From assembly GCF_009914755.1 (NCBI RefSeq), contig NC_060936.1: 64,000 nt of DNA; one strand, written 5' to 3'. The notes beneath the pieces were generated by a model. It did no database searches. It was given only the letters and a program-made list of their open reading frames with translations, and was not told the origin of the DNA. Source of the DNA: the human T2T-CHM13v2.0 reference genome, Homo sapiens. Position 1 is the first letter of the stretch. Each line of letters begins with the position of its first letter. Shown here one piece after another: positions 19,662-35,481 of the stretch. The position numbers were made by a program, and so were the translations under genes.

Positions 19662-19948
19662 GTCTGTTTTGGGTATGATAGGAATCAAACAATATGAATA
19701 TTTATACCATAAAATATACCAGCATTGCTATACCCAAGACTACTCACACAAATTTTTTTCTCCTATTAATCAGAACTTTGCAGAGAAAAAGAGAGACAAA
19801 TAGTGGGTTTTTAGCATCAGCTCAGTCAAATTCCACAGGAAGAGAGACCAGGAGCCTGGCTGGTAAAAATTCTTACCTTTCTGTTGGCTTGTCAGGTCCT
19901 GGGTTTCTTTCACTGTGGCTCCCTGAAAAGCAGAGCAGCTTTGATGAG

Positions 19949-19966
19949 ATCCTGTTCACAGTGCCA
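19949..19966 (-). promoter_or_regulatory. Retroviral primer-binding site, tRNA-Ser(CGA)-type
   Basis: Minus strand TGGCACTGTGAACAGGAT, 4 nt from the 5' LTR; 16/18 match to TGGCGCTGTGAGCAGGAT (complement of the tRNA-Ser(CGA) 3' end as recalled). Confidence 0.7.
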
Positions 19967-19970
19967 AAAC

Positions 19971-20574
19971 TGTAGGGGTGAAGGGCTTCCCCTTAGCCCT
20001 CTGAAGGTTTGCTGAAAAGTCAGTTCACAAAAGGAAATGAATCAGTAACATGGCATACAAATTTATTAACATGCACATGAGAAAGAATCATAGAATGATT
20101 ACCTCACTTTCCTCACCCCACACCCTCACCACTTGAAGTTCAGAAGCTCATATACCATCTTGAGGTTACAGAAAGAATGGGGACTTAGATCATGCAAAAC
20201 AGGTAATAGTGACAAAGAAGGTTATAAAAAGAGAAGAAGAGGAGGCCTAACTAGCGAAGGTGGTCTTGTGTGTCTGGCTGGCAAAAGTTGTCTTGAGAGG
20301 TGAATGAAGTCTCACAGCCCTGAGAGAAAATAGATGGTAAATGTTTACATCAGACTTTTAAAGGTGTCAGACTCTCAGTTAAACTTCCCTAGATCCAGAC
20401 GAGGGAGGCTTTCAGAGAAAGCCTGGCTGCATCAATGCAGATTCTCTACAGATGCAAATCTCCCCCTCAAAAGGCAGTTTAGCAGGGCTACTTCTGTTTG
20501 CATGTCCTCTGAACAGCCATCTTGAAATATGTCAAAGTAGTATATTTTGGGATAAAATATTATTATTTCTTTCA
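19971..20574 (-). mobile_element. 5' LTR of the ERV1 provirus (MER39-like)
   Basis: Colinear with 4970-5504, terminal TG...CA, followed on the minus strand by the PBS. Confidence 0.88.
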
Positions 20575-20661
20575 AGATCACAAGGGCAGAGTCCTGTGAG
20601 TAAAATTAGTGCCATTATAAAGAAGTCCTGGAGAGGCTTGTTTGCTCCTTTGCTGACCCCC
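20575..20661 (+). mobile_element. MLT1A1/MSTD-type LTR, fragment 2 of 3
   Basis: AGATCACAAGGGCAGAGTCCTGTGAGTAAAATTAGTGCCATTATAAAG continues the LTR where fragment 1 stops. Confidence 0.8.
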
Positions 20662-20684
20662 TGTATTAGTCCATTCTCATGCTA

Positions 20685-24130
<3,446 letters not shown>

Positions 24131-24497
24131 AACGAATTGCCCAAGATTGGATAATTTATAAAGGAAAGAGATTTAATTGACTGACAGTTCTGCATGGCTG
24201 AGAAGTCCTCGGGAAACTTATGATCATGGTGGAAGGGGGAGCAAACATGTCCTTCTTCACATGATGGCAGGAAGAAGAAGTGTGAGAACCAAGCAAAGGG
24301 GGAAGCCCTTTATGTAAGCATGAGATCTCACCCCTTATATAAGCATAAGATCTCATGAGAACTTACTATCACAAGAATAGCATGGGGGAAACTGCCCCCA
24401 TGATTCAATTATCTCCAGCCAGCTCTCTCTCCAAACACACGGGGATTATGGGAACTGCAATTCAAGATTTGAGTGGGGACACAGCCAAACCATATCA

Positions 24498-24689
24498 CCC
24501 CATTTCACCCTTGGATGACATAACAACAAGATGCTGTCTATGAAGCAGAGAGCCCTCACTAGACACCAAATCTGTTGCCACTGTGATCTTGGACTTTCCA
24601 GCCTTCCGAACTACGATCAATAAATTTATGTTTTTTATTAATTACCCAGTTGAAGGCATAGGTTATAGCAGTCCAAGTGCTCTAAGACG
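24498..24689 (+). mobile_element. MLT1A1/MSTD-type LTR, fragment 3 of 3 (3' end)
   Basis: GAAGCAGAGAGCCCTCACTAGACACCAAATCTG...GATCTTGGACTTTCCAGCC...AATAAA...AATTACCCAG...TAAGACG; right TSD GTGTC (24690-24694) vs ATGTC. Confidence 0.85.
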
Positions 24690-27600
24690 GTGTCTTTTTC
24701 CACAGTAGAGATTATTTTTGTAGGTTATACAAATACTTCTGAAGAACATTTAAAGCTACATGTCAGTCATACCATAGTGTAGGCATAGATATGTAACAGA
24801 TTTATCCCACTCTCTTCCACTCTGATAACTAAGAGTAGATTTGAATGGAGGGCTGAAGGAGGAAGGCAAAATTAAAAGGATAAATAGAGCATAAAATACT
24901 ATTTTGGAAGGGCAGAAGTGGGTAACCGATGGCATGAGCAAGAGCATTAGACCTCAGAGAAAGAAGACACAGGTAGGATGAAACACCAGTGATAAGTTTC
25001 ACTCACAAATAACACAATTCAGTTAAGTTAGCTCTAGCTTGAACACAAAGGGTTTTTGTCTTTTTATTTTTTATAAAACCTATAAATAATATATTATTGG
25101 CCAAAATATTTTGCTTAGTTTGTTTGATGTGAAAGTCTTTTTTTTCAAAAGAGCTCATGTTTTTCACATGTTACTTCCCAGCTTACTAATTTAGTCCAGT
25201 TAACTATAGACACTACATATACATTCTCATTTTTTTAAACTATTGAGAGGAAAAAAGACCTCCACTATTCTAAATATTTGGTATTTCTTCTCCAAAGATT
25301 CTACCATGAACAGTATGCAATTCTAATGTTTTATAATCCCTAATACTCTGTAAAGGAAAGAACAAAATTTTGGCTACTAGAAATCTCTCCGTAATGACAC
25401 TGTCATCCTGAAGGAGTAGTGAACAGTGAGAGAGGCTATTTTCCAGGGGGTCTTGGTAAAATGAGCTACATCTCATTTTATAGCAGGTATTATCTTTTGC
25501 CTATTCAATACGGAAATGAGCAATCTCATTTAGCAAAGTTTTGAATGCTTTATTTCAAAACTGCAACTGCATGAGCCATAGAAATTATAGCAGCAGTCTT
25601 CTCAATCTCAATTCAAATGTCATTGATATTTGCCTTCACTTACCTTTTTTTATTCTTTGAAAGCATAAACTCTATCTTCTCCTTTTTTTTCATCCTAAGT
25701 ACCCATATGTAGATTTCCCTGAGAAGAACAACTTTACTTTATCTGTAACCTTTTGAAATACAGTATGGTAGTACTAATTCACACACAAGATTGTAAATTG
25801 TCCATGATTCTAAATTGTGTCCTATAGCACCCTTAATTAATGGCTGAATTTAATGTGTTCCTTTTTAGTTGTTCTATACCTAGTCCCAGCAAAGTCATGG
25901 AAAGGTCTCTAAGGAGATTAAGAATTAACACTTTGAGTAATAACAAGAATATGGAATGAAATACAAAGGTAAGAAGAGAGAAGATAAGAAATACAGTTTT
26001 CAGCAAATATTATCCCCCAAAATATTGTTTTAGCAAAGTTTTCAATGCTTTAGATGAATCTTTATCTCACTCCATACTGCACTCAACATAATGTCCAGCT
26101 CAAAGGGCATTTCATATATGCCTATTGATGACACAGATATGATGGTTATTACCAGAACAAGAAACCCAAATTGCCAGGTTTTATTACGCCCGTTTTTGTG
26201 TATTCTCTCTCAAATTCCTAAGTTATTTAGAATAACAGAACATTATAATTTCCTATTTATACTATGGGCCAAAATGCTATTGTTTTTAACATTCTCAACA
26301 TCCATCTCTGGACAATGTTTATTGAGATCTTGGATGATCATACGTGGAGTTGGGTAATCCTCATCTTTGAAAGTTCCCATTTGCAAGTACTCATATATAC
26401 TTCCTGGGAAGGTGAATAGGTTCGCGGTAAAAAAGGACATTCTCTGAAGTGTAGTAACATAAAAATATTTCTGATGCATTACAACAATCCCATTGAAACG
26501 TAACTTCAAAAGGAACACCAGTGCTCCTGAGAGGGAACACCATAAAATAGCCTGGACTAATGATGTAGCTGCAATCCCAAGACCAAAGTGTGTTTGTAGG
26601 ATACAGTTAGACTCCAGCAGGACTTGCACTGACAGTGGAATCCATGCTGGTCTAGTCTCCGTGACACCTTCTGCAAATTTTGTGGAAACACCAAGGGCAA
26701 AATCCCCAAACGGACATAACACCACTGTTGGCCCCAGGGGGTGCGGCAGTACATCCCTTGGCGAAATGAAAGCAGGATCATTCTCTTTTCTACCTCACTA
26801 AACCTGGGCATGTAACTTGCAGCAGAAGCCACAGACTTCTGCTTTTTCTACTAGCATCAGAGCCCTGTCTTCCCCACAGACACAGTGACTCCTCAGGCAA
26901 GTGAATCCCCTTGATTGCGGCAGCACTGCCTCTGGCCAACTAAGATATTTGTGATTTTCATCCCAAGTTTACCACAGACCTCCAGGTGAGAAACACATTC
27001 CTAGGTTGATGAGTATCTTTAAGGTTTGGATAAAAAATCGGACGAATAAACCAAGGAAAAGGGTGATTTTTTTTTTTTTTTTTTTTGACTATGTAATAGG
27101 TGGGGGCTTAGAGCAATGAGACCTGGAGGAAAACGTAAACATGGCCTTGTCTGATACTGAGTTGGCTGACTGGTATACCTAAACTTTTCGTCTCCATAAT
27201 CCAACCTGCAAGAACTCTGGAGGTTATCTGGAATGAAAACAAACTAACAAATAAAACTAACGGTACTGTAGAGTTTTACTTGGAATTATAGTAAATTAAA
27301 ATGTCCACTCAGTGGTACATCTGTAAAGAAGTGCCATTTTTTCACTTGCCCTAGTTTTCCTGCAAAGTGTCTGTGAGCAAGTCTAGTAGGGCTTAGTACA
27401 CCAGAATTGTCCCAACCAACCTTCCTGCAGAGGAAGTGCACATCCCTCAAACTGAATACTGATCTCCATGAGTTTATTTTCCTCTCTTCTGAGACCATCC
27501 TGCTCCCATTGGCCTCTTTCAGCTGATGCCTCAAAGCCATGATTCTCATATTGAGTAGTCTGACATTCCTAAAGCATTGACTCACCTCTCCTTGCTTACT

Positions 27601-28649
27601 GTCACCACCTTTCCTCTTGCTCCTCCCTTCATCCAGGTGCTGTGTTCTTGATCACCTTGTAGACAGTCATTTCAAGCTTCCAGCTTTCTCCAGCCAATCC
27701 ATTGACCCCTTTCCTAATGGCACTTCTAATTGCATGATGTTCAGTGGATTTTTTTTCTTTCTAATTTTAAAGGACATGAAATTGGAAAGGTGTAAAGAAA
27801 ATTGCTGCATTTTAAAATAAACAAAAGGCTATCACTAATTTGGAGTTCATAACCTTTATTTTTTTTCTATGTTTATGATCAGAAACTTTACAAAAACCAT
27901 TCTGATTTTGTCATTATTTTGGAAAAATAATTACATACTAAATAAAAACATGCAAAACCTTGTTAATTTGTGTCACATAGGTTCCTTTTTTTCTTGGGTA
28001 TGGATAAATTACATCTTTTGGAAAAGATTTAAAGGAAAAAGAGAACCAAAATATCTATAATCAAATATGTACCATAAACCTAATAATTAGAAAATATAAT
28101 AGTGCAGCAAAAAAGTAAAAATAGTATGAGGTATGAGTAATGAGAGGATAGCATTTTTCACAAGACTCAGTCAAAGTTATTAGCTCACTACACCTCCATG
28201 CCAGAGTAGCCAATAACACAAGATCCTGTTATCTTCACATGCCAATCCCACCAAAGCCTAGAGAGAAATGACAAGTGGCATTCACTGCAGGAGACTAAAT
28301 GAACATTTGAAGAGAATGAAGCTACCTTGATTCAAGGATCACATGGATCTGTGCAGTAGCAAACAGGAAAATATAGGCTAGTGCTATATAAATATAGCTG
28401 ATGAAAACTCCACATCTTTAATATCTGAATTGTATAGACAATTACAGACAGACAGCATAAAACTATTAGTACCTCGGATAACAAGGCTGACACAAGTAAA
28501 TGATCACATCAGTGTGGTAACCAGGCTTGTTTGCAACAGACAGCAGGATTAAAAAAACAACCAAACTCCATATTGTACATACAAAGATGAGGATAGAGGC
28601 ATTTAACATATGTAATCTAAATTAAATATGGCTCTAATTTTCAAGTGAG

Positions 28650-28935
28650 GAAGGTATACCAAATTGCTATTGCAAAGATATCCAGAAAGCAATGGTTCAA
28701 ATAAGATAGAAGTTTACTTCTAAAAAGACTGGTGTGCAGGCTCCATTCCTTCAAGCTGTCTAGGGTTCAGGTTAGAAGAACAGCTCTACTACCCTCTGGG
28801 CATTGCACAAGTGAGTTTCCAGCCAGAAATACCAGTGAAAAAGAGATAGAGGGCATGAAAAAGACTGTTAAAGCCCAGTCCAAAGGACTTTTCATTTCTG
28901 CTAACATTCCACTGGAAGAAGTAGAAAGCAGAACT
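28650..28935. mobile_element. Probable old MLT1-class MaLR LTR fragment
   Basis: GGTTCAAATAAGATAGAAGTTTACTTCT...TTCATTTCTGCTAACATTCCACTGG resemble old MLT1 LTR motifs; heavily decayed. Confidence 0.4.
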
Positions 28936-29714
28936 TGGTATATAGATAGTATAATTGAATTTAATAGGAGGGCTACACATAAATAAAAATACATTTTATT
29001 TTTGGTTTGAGAGAAATAGATGGTTGGAGAATGTTTGGAGGGATGATTGTCATTTATTAATAGTTTTATAAATATTATGTAATTCATTTGATCTAGTTTG
29101 TGCAATGACTGGTAACGGATGTTTTTTCATGAACACATACTTACAGGCCATACTCTCAATTGCTTGTGTCTGTCAGATCCATTCATTTTCACTATTTCCC
29201 TACTAATAAAATATTGGAAATGTGGCAGAGGGTTTCATGACAACTCTCAGGATTTCCTGATCTGGGAAAAGAGGGAATATAATATTAATCTTATGGCAAT
29301 ATATCCAAAAGCAGAGTTCAAAGAGCATGTTTAACATGACTCTTTTGAACTAGATCATTTGAAAGTCATAAGAATCCAGGTACTACTCTCTTAGTTTCCC
29401 ATCACATTGATCTCAGCAACATACAAATAAAGAGAATAGGTTATTCTAAATATATGTGTATATATATATATATAATGACTGTATAACTCTTCTGACCTGT
29501 GAGCAGTGGCAGCATCTTTGGAATGCTGTATAGAAACAGGACAGCACCATTTTAAAAGACACTTCTATCAGTATTTCTTAGGATTTTAAGTTCATTTCAC
29601 TGGCAAGAAACTGCTCCTTTATACCTATAAAAATCAATGTCTTCTAGCACAGTTTTATTTGTATATCAGTATTTCTTATGTTAAGTAGAAGAACACAGTA
29701 AGGAAAAGAGCATA

Positions 29715-29960
29715 GCAAACCCCTTATATTCTGGTTAAAAATAAAGGCTTTGCAGACAGGCCAGTATGTACCCACTACTTGCTAGTTTTGAATCCAGCCA
29801 AGTTATTTAAACAGTTTAGGGCTCAGTTTTCTCATCTGTAAAAGGGATATTGTGCATATTTTATAGTATGATTTGAGGATTAAAAGAGAGGATATGCAGA
29901 AAGCACTTAGCACAGTACCTGGCACACGGTAAGCAGCCAAAAAGCATTTGACAGTTATTT
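29715..29960 (+). mobile_element. MIR SINE
   Basis: CTCAGTTTTCTCATCTGTAAAAGGG...AAAGCACTTAGCACAGTACCTGGCACACGGTAAGC. Confidence 0.85.
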
Positions 29961-31339
29961 ACTGTTGTTTACACTCTGATTGACCCTGGGTTTAAGAACA
30001 ATCTTGACCATTGTTATAAATTATTGTAAAATATTGCTGCAGTCTCTTCACAGGTCTACAATCTGAATGTCTTTCATTAGTATTTAAATTGATAGTAAAT
30101 ATGTACACTTCTAAAGCATTTCAAGATTATGTTTTCCTGTATGTTTCAGCGGTGACTGATGGTCAAAACATCTGAGACTCCCTATGCCTGGGAAACTGGT
30201 AATGACGCTTATAGAGCTTATTGAAAGTGCCATTTAACAAAATATATTAGCCCATTCCAAATGTCATCTCTACCTCTATTGTATTTCAAGTTAAACGCCA
30301 TGCAAAAACACATCTAAAAGGCTCCATTACTTGCTTATTTTCAAGGGCATGAGGAAAAATGTCACCAGCTTACAAAGCAAAAACTAGAGTCTCTAACTAG
30401 TGCCTCAGACAAAATGGCGGAAAGCAAGCTAAGCACAGAACAGTCACTGGTAATGATTCACCACTTATCAGGAATAATTGACATTTCGTGATTTCCAAAT
30501 CTTCTTTCAAAATGTAATCTGTTCATTTCATTATTTTATGGCATCTTTTTTGTATCCATTACTTAACATTTCCTTCCACACTCAATGGGGGAGGTTTCTC
30601 TCTCCTGAAATGTCACCCTACATAAATAAGTGTAGTGCAAGCCTTCCATCACTGTAATGGTTAAATGATGGCAAAGCTGAGCAATTGAAACAGAAAGAGA
30701 AGTCACCTTGACAGTCCTGTAACTGGGAAAAGCAGCTTAAGGCACCAGAGCTTTTACTGTGAATGAGTTGAACAAGTTTATATCTATTCACCAAACAAAA
30801 TATATTTAAATAATATTCCAGCATTGAGACAAATCAAAGAAACTCTTTTTGGAGATTTTAATACTCTATTACAATAAAACATACTTTTGAAAATAAAGAA
30901 AAAAGAAATCATAGTTTCTCTACATTATGCAGATTATTGATGTCACTCTGGGAACTTTTACAAAAGAATGTGGCTAAAATAAAAAAATAGGTGAGGTGTT
31001 TGCTATTGACCTTTAGTATAAATTCTAGGAATTCTTCAGGGTTTAGGTTTTGCTTTGTTGTTGTTATTTTTTAATATCTTATAATAGGTATTATAAAGCC
31101 ATTTAATTAGGCAATCTGGTATATCTGGGAAGTTCTGCTATCCAAAATAGACATTAGATAAACATAAATAAAGGCCAAGAAACTTAGAAAATAATGATGC
31201 CTCTTTAATATACAGATTACTGGAGCGGGATTTTTTTCCTGAATTAAACACATAATTTTATTAAAGTGCAATTTGGCATAACTATTACATTTTTAAATAT
31301 TGTCCTTATTATTTTTTGCCCACTCCAGGAAATGACAGC

Positions 31340-31363
31340 ACTTCACTTTATATAAAGTGAAGT
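31340..31363. repeat. Perfect 24-bp palindrome ACTTCACTTTATATAAAGTGAAGT
   Basis: Self-reverse-complementary, checked base by base. Confidence 0.9.
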
Positions 31364-31999
31364 TAATTTTTAGATCACTTTGAGTCACAAAAATGTAGAA
31401 TATTTTATAATTTTTAGTTGGGGCAAAGACTTCATTTTAATGATTTGAACAGAAATTAAACTGCCACCTCAATGCTATTGACATTTAAATCCCATGTGAG
31501 AAATACTGCATGATCCAACAAAGAAAATTAGAGCGCTTTTTGTAAAAAATTAGAACTCTCAGTCTTAATGTTTATTGCCTAGCAAACAGACTTTTCCTAA
31601 ATGTAATGAAATGTAATGTGTTCCTGCTTTGATGCATTAACATTTCCCATCACACTTTCAATGATGTGGTGATTATTGCTTTAAAATTAAGTTAAACTTT
31701 GGCGTGCCTCAAAGTCGAAGTTCAAGAGCTATTTAGTTGTTGTATAAAATTTTTCTGGAAGTGAAAGAAATATGAAAAAAGGTGCTGAGGTGAAGTGATT
31801 AGGAATATGCCTTGTGACACCTCACTAGGCAAACAGAGTTGCTTCATGGAATAGTAACAGAGTAACTTGTTTTGATGGATGCAATAGAGACCCTTTTAGT
31901 AAATTCAGGTGCCAGGCAAGTAGGGAATATCTGAAATCCCACACACGGACTCTAGATACAAGCTAAGTCATCTTTGTGACAGGTGACACAGAAGGGAAT

Positions 32000-32363
32000 T
32001 GATATGATTTGGCTGTGTCCCCACCCAAATCTCTTCTTGAATTGTAGCTCCCGTAATTCCCACATGTAGTGGGAGGGACCCAATGGGAGGTAATTGAATC
32101 ATGGGGGCGGGTCATTCCTGTGCTGTTCTCAGGATAGTGAGTAAGTCTCAGGAGAGCCAACGGTTTCATAAACGGGAGTTCCCCTGCACAAGCCTTCTTG
32201 TCTGCCGGCATGTAAGTCATGCCTTTGCTTCTCTTTTGCCTTCCACCATGATAATGAGGCCTCCCAAGCCATGTGGAAATATGAATCCGTTAAACCTCTT
32301 TCCTTTTTAAATTACCCAGTCTCAGGTACATCTGTATTAGCACCATGAGAACAGACTTATACA
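32000..32363 (+). mobile_element. THE1B/C-type MaLR solo LTR
   Basis: TGATATGATTTGGCTGTGTCCCCACCCAAATCTC...AATTACCCAGTCTCAGG...GAGAACAGACTTATACA. Confidence 0.92.
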
Positions 32364-32856
32364 GCACTGCTCACCTGTCATTGGAATTTCCAGTAACACC
32401 TGATTTTTCAGCTAGGAATCCCTGTCCAAAACAGTTCTTCCCAATAGCTTATTGCCTATGCATAGGAAGCTTATAGTTTCTCTCTAATTTTAGAAACACA
32501 CACATTCACAGATCCTCACATGTTGGGTTAATAGGATTTTTTTTTAACATCTTACCATTTAGACTTACTACTCTTTTCCTTCATTTAAAATACAATAAAA
32601 ACAAAGTTAATGTCATAAGCCTCTAGCCATAGCACTGAAAAATCCAGAACCACCTACTGGAAAATCAAGAGATGAAATTTTTAAATTTGCCTGTGTTCTA
32701 TTTATATATATTTGTGGTTTCTGAAGTTTAAATATTTATTTACCGGTATATATCAGTGGTGATTTTATTTACCAAATTAAAAATAATGTGGCATAGTGTG
32801 ACACATACAAGCATACTTATGAAGAAAATATAAGAGAACTTTTTTGAAATGAGGAT

Positions 32857-35481
32857 TTCTTTTTTGTAATTTCATTTGCTGTTACGGTATAAGTGGTTTT
32901 TAACTACATGGATGAATTGCATAGTGATTAAGCCACAGAATTTGGTGCATCCCTCACCTGAACAGTGTGCATCATACCCAATATTATTCCTCATCCCCTC
33001 CAAGTCGGCTGCTTTTGACTCTCCAGTGTCCATTATACCGTTCTGTATGCCTTCGCATACCCATAGCTTAGCTCCCACTTAAAAGTGAGAACATATGGTG
33101 TTTGGTTTTCTATTTCTGAGTTACTTCACTTAGAATAATGGTCTCCAGCTCCATCCAAGTTGCTGCAAAAGACATCATTTCATTATTTTTATGGCTGCAT
33201 AGGATACTGTATATATACCACATTTTCTTAACCACTCGTCAGTTAATGGACACTTAGGTTAGTTCCATATCTTTGCAATTATGAATTGTGCTGTGATAAG
33301 CATATATGTGCAAGTGTCTTTTTGATAGAATGACTTTTTTTCTTCTGGGTAGATATCCAATAGCAGGATTGCTGGATTAAATGGTAGATCTACTTTTAGT
33401 GCTCTGAGAAATTTCCATACCATTTTCCATAGAAGTTGTACTAATTTACATTCCCACCACTGATGTATAAGTGTTCTCTTTTCACCACATCCACACCAAC
33501 ATCTATTACTTTTGACTTTCTGATAATGACCAATCTGGCTGGGGTAAGATGGTATCTCGTTCAGGTTTTAATTTGCATTTCCCTGATGATTAGTGATATT
33601 GAGCACTTTTTCATGATTTTTGGCCATTTGTAGATCTTTTGAGAAATGACTAATCATGTCATCTGCCCACTTTTTAATGGAATAATTTGCTTTTTTCTTG
33701 CTGATTGGGTTGAGTTCCTTCTAGAGTCTGAATATTAGTCCTTTATGGCATAAATACTTTGCAAATATTTTTTCCCATTCTGTGGGTTGTCTGTTTACTC
33801 TGATAATTATTTCTTTTACTTTACAGAAGTTTTTAGTTTAATCAAGTCCCATTTATTTAGTTTTATTTTTGTTGCATTTGCATTTGGAGTCTTAGTCATA
33901 AATTATTTGCCTAGGCCAATGTCCAGAAAAGCTTTTCTTTTAGAATTTTTACGTTTTCAGGTCATATATTTAAGTCTTTAGCAAAATGGATTAAAAAAAA
34001 TCACAAAGTAAATATCTGCTGTCTTCAAGAGACTCACCTAACACATAAGGATTCTTTTAGACTCAAGGCAAAAGGGCGGAAAAAGATATTTTATGCAAAT
34101 GGAACCCAAAAGTGAGCAGGAATAGCTATTCTATATCAGATAATACAGACTTTAAAGTGACAGCAGAAACAATGACAAAGAAGGTCATTATGTAATGATA
34201 AAAGGATCAATCCAACAAGAAGATATTACAATTCTAAATATATTTGCAGCTATCTCTGGAGCTCCCAGATTCATAAAACAGTTACTACTTGACCTAAGAA
34301 AAGTGATATATAGTAACACAACAATAGTGGGGGACTTCAACACTGCACAGAAAGCACTAGACAGATCATCAAGGCAGAAAGTCAATAAACTGAAAACACT
34401 GGACTTAATCTGCACTCTAGAATAAATGGACCTAACAGATAATTACAGAACATTCTACCCAAGGACTGCAGAATATGCATTCTTCTCATTAACACATGGA
34501 ACATTCTCAAAGATAGATTATATGATATGCCACAAGGCATATCCCAATAAATTTTTAAAAATCAAAATCACACCCAGTATCTTCTTAGAGCACTGTGGAA
34601 TGAAACTAGAAATAAACTCCAAAAGGAACCCCAAAAACTACAAATATATGGAAATTAAACAGTCTGCTCCTGAATGACTTTTGAGTTAACATTAAAATCA
34701 ATATAGAAATTTAAAAATTATTCAAAATGAATGATAATAGTGACACAAGTAATCAAAACCTCTGAGATACAGCAAAAGCAGCTCTAAGAAGAAAGATTAT
34801 AGCACTAAATACCTACATCTAAAAGTCTGAAAGATCACAAATCAAAGAACATCACACCTCAAGGAACTAGAGAAACAAGAACAAACAAAACCCAAAGCTA
34901 GCAGAAAAAAAAGAAATAACAAAGATAAGAGTAGAATGAAATGAAACAGAAGGAAAAAAATACAAAATATCCATGCCACAAAAGTTGGTTCTTTGAAAAT
35001 ATAAATGAAACTAATAGACCGCTATCTATTAATAGATTAACTAAACTAAAAAAGAGGGAAGATTCAAATAAACTCCAATAGAAACGAAAATGGTGACATT
35101 ACAACTGACACCACAGAAATACAAAAGATCATTCGAGACCACTGTGAACACCTCTCCACACACAAACTGGGAAATATAGAAGAAATGGATAAATTCCTGG
35201 AAACACACAATGCTCCTTTGCTTGCATCAGGAAGACATAGAAATCCTGAAAACATCTATAACAAACAGTGAGATAAAATAAGTCATGAAAAAAAAAAGGC
35301 CAACAAAAACAAAAGCCCATGGCCAGATGTATTCACAGCTAAATCCCACCAGATATTCAAAGAAGAATTGCTATCAATTAAACTAAAACTACTCCAAGAG
35401 ATAAGAGAGAATCCTCTCTGACTGTGAAGCCAGTATCACCCTGATAACAAAGCCAGGATAGGATGTAACAAAAATGAAACC
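32857..35481 (-). mobile_element. L1PB-like LINE-1 with 5' inversion (minus 3' part to ~33980; plus-strand ORF2 EN/linker part 33981-35481)
   Basis: L1PB-type 3'UTR on minus, then ORF2 EN motifs on plus (IKGSIQQEDITILNI, TTIVGDFNT, HGTFSKIDYM); candidate TSD AGGATTTCTTTT (32852-32863)/AGAATTTCCTTT (35482-35493). Confidence 0.8.

Noticed and set aside
26560-26625. Faint resemblance of CILQTHFGLGIAATSL to a bornavirus glycoprotein segment
   Set aside because: Only a few residues match and the flanks do not; unsupported without a profile search.
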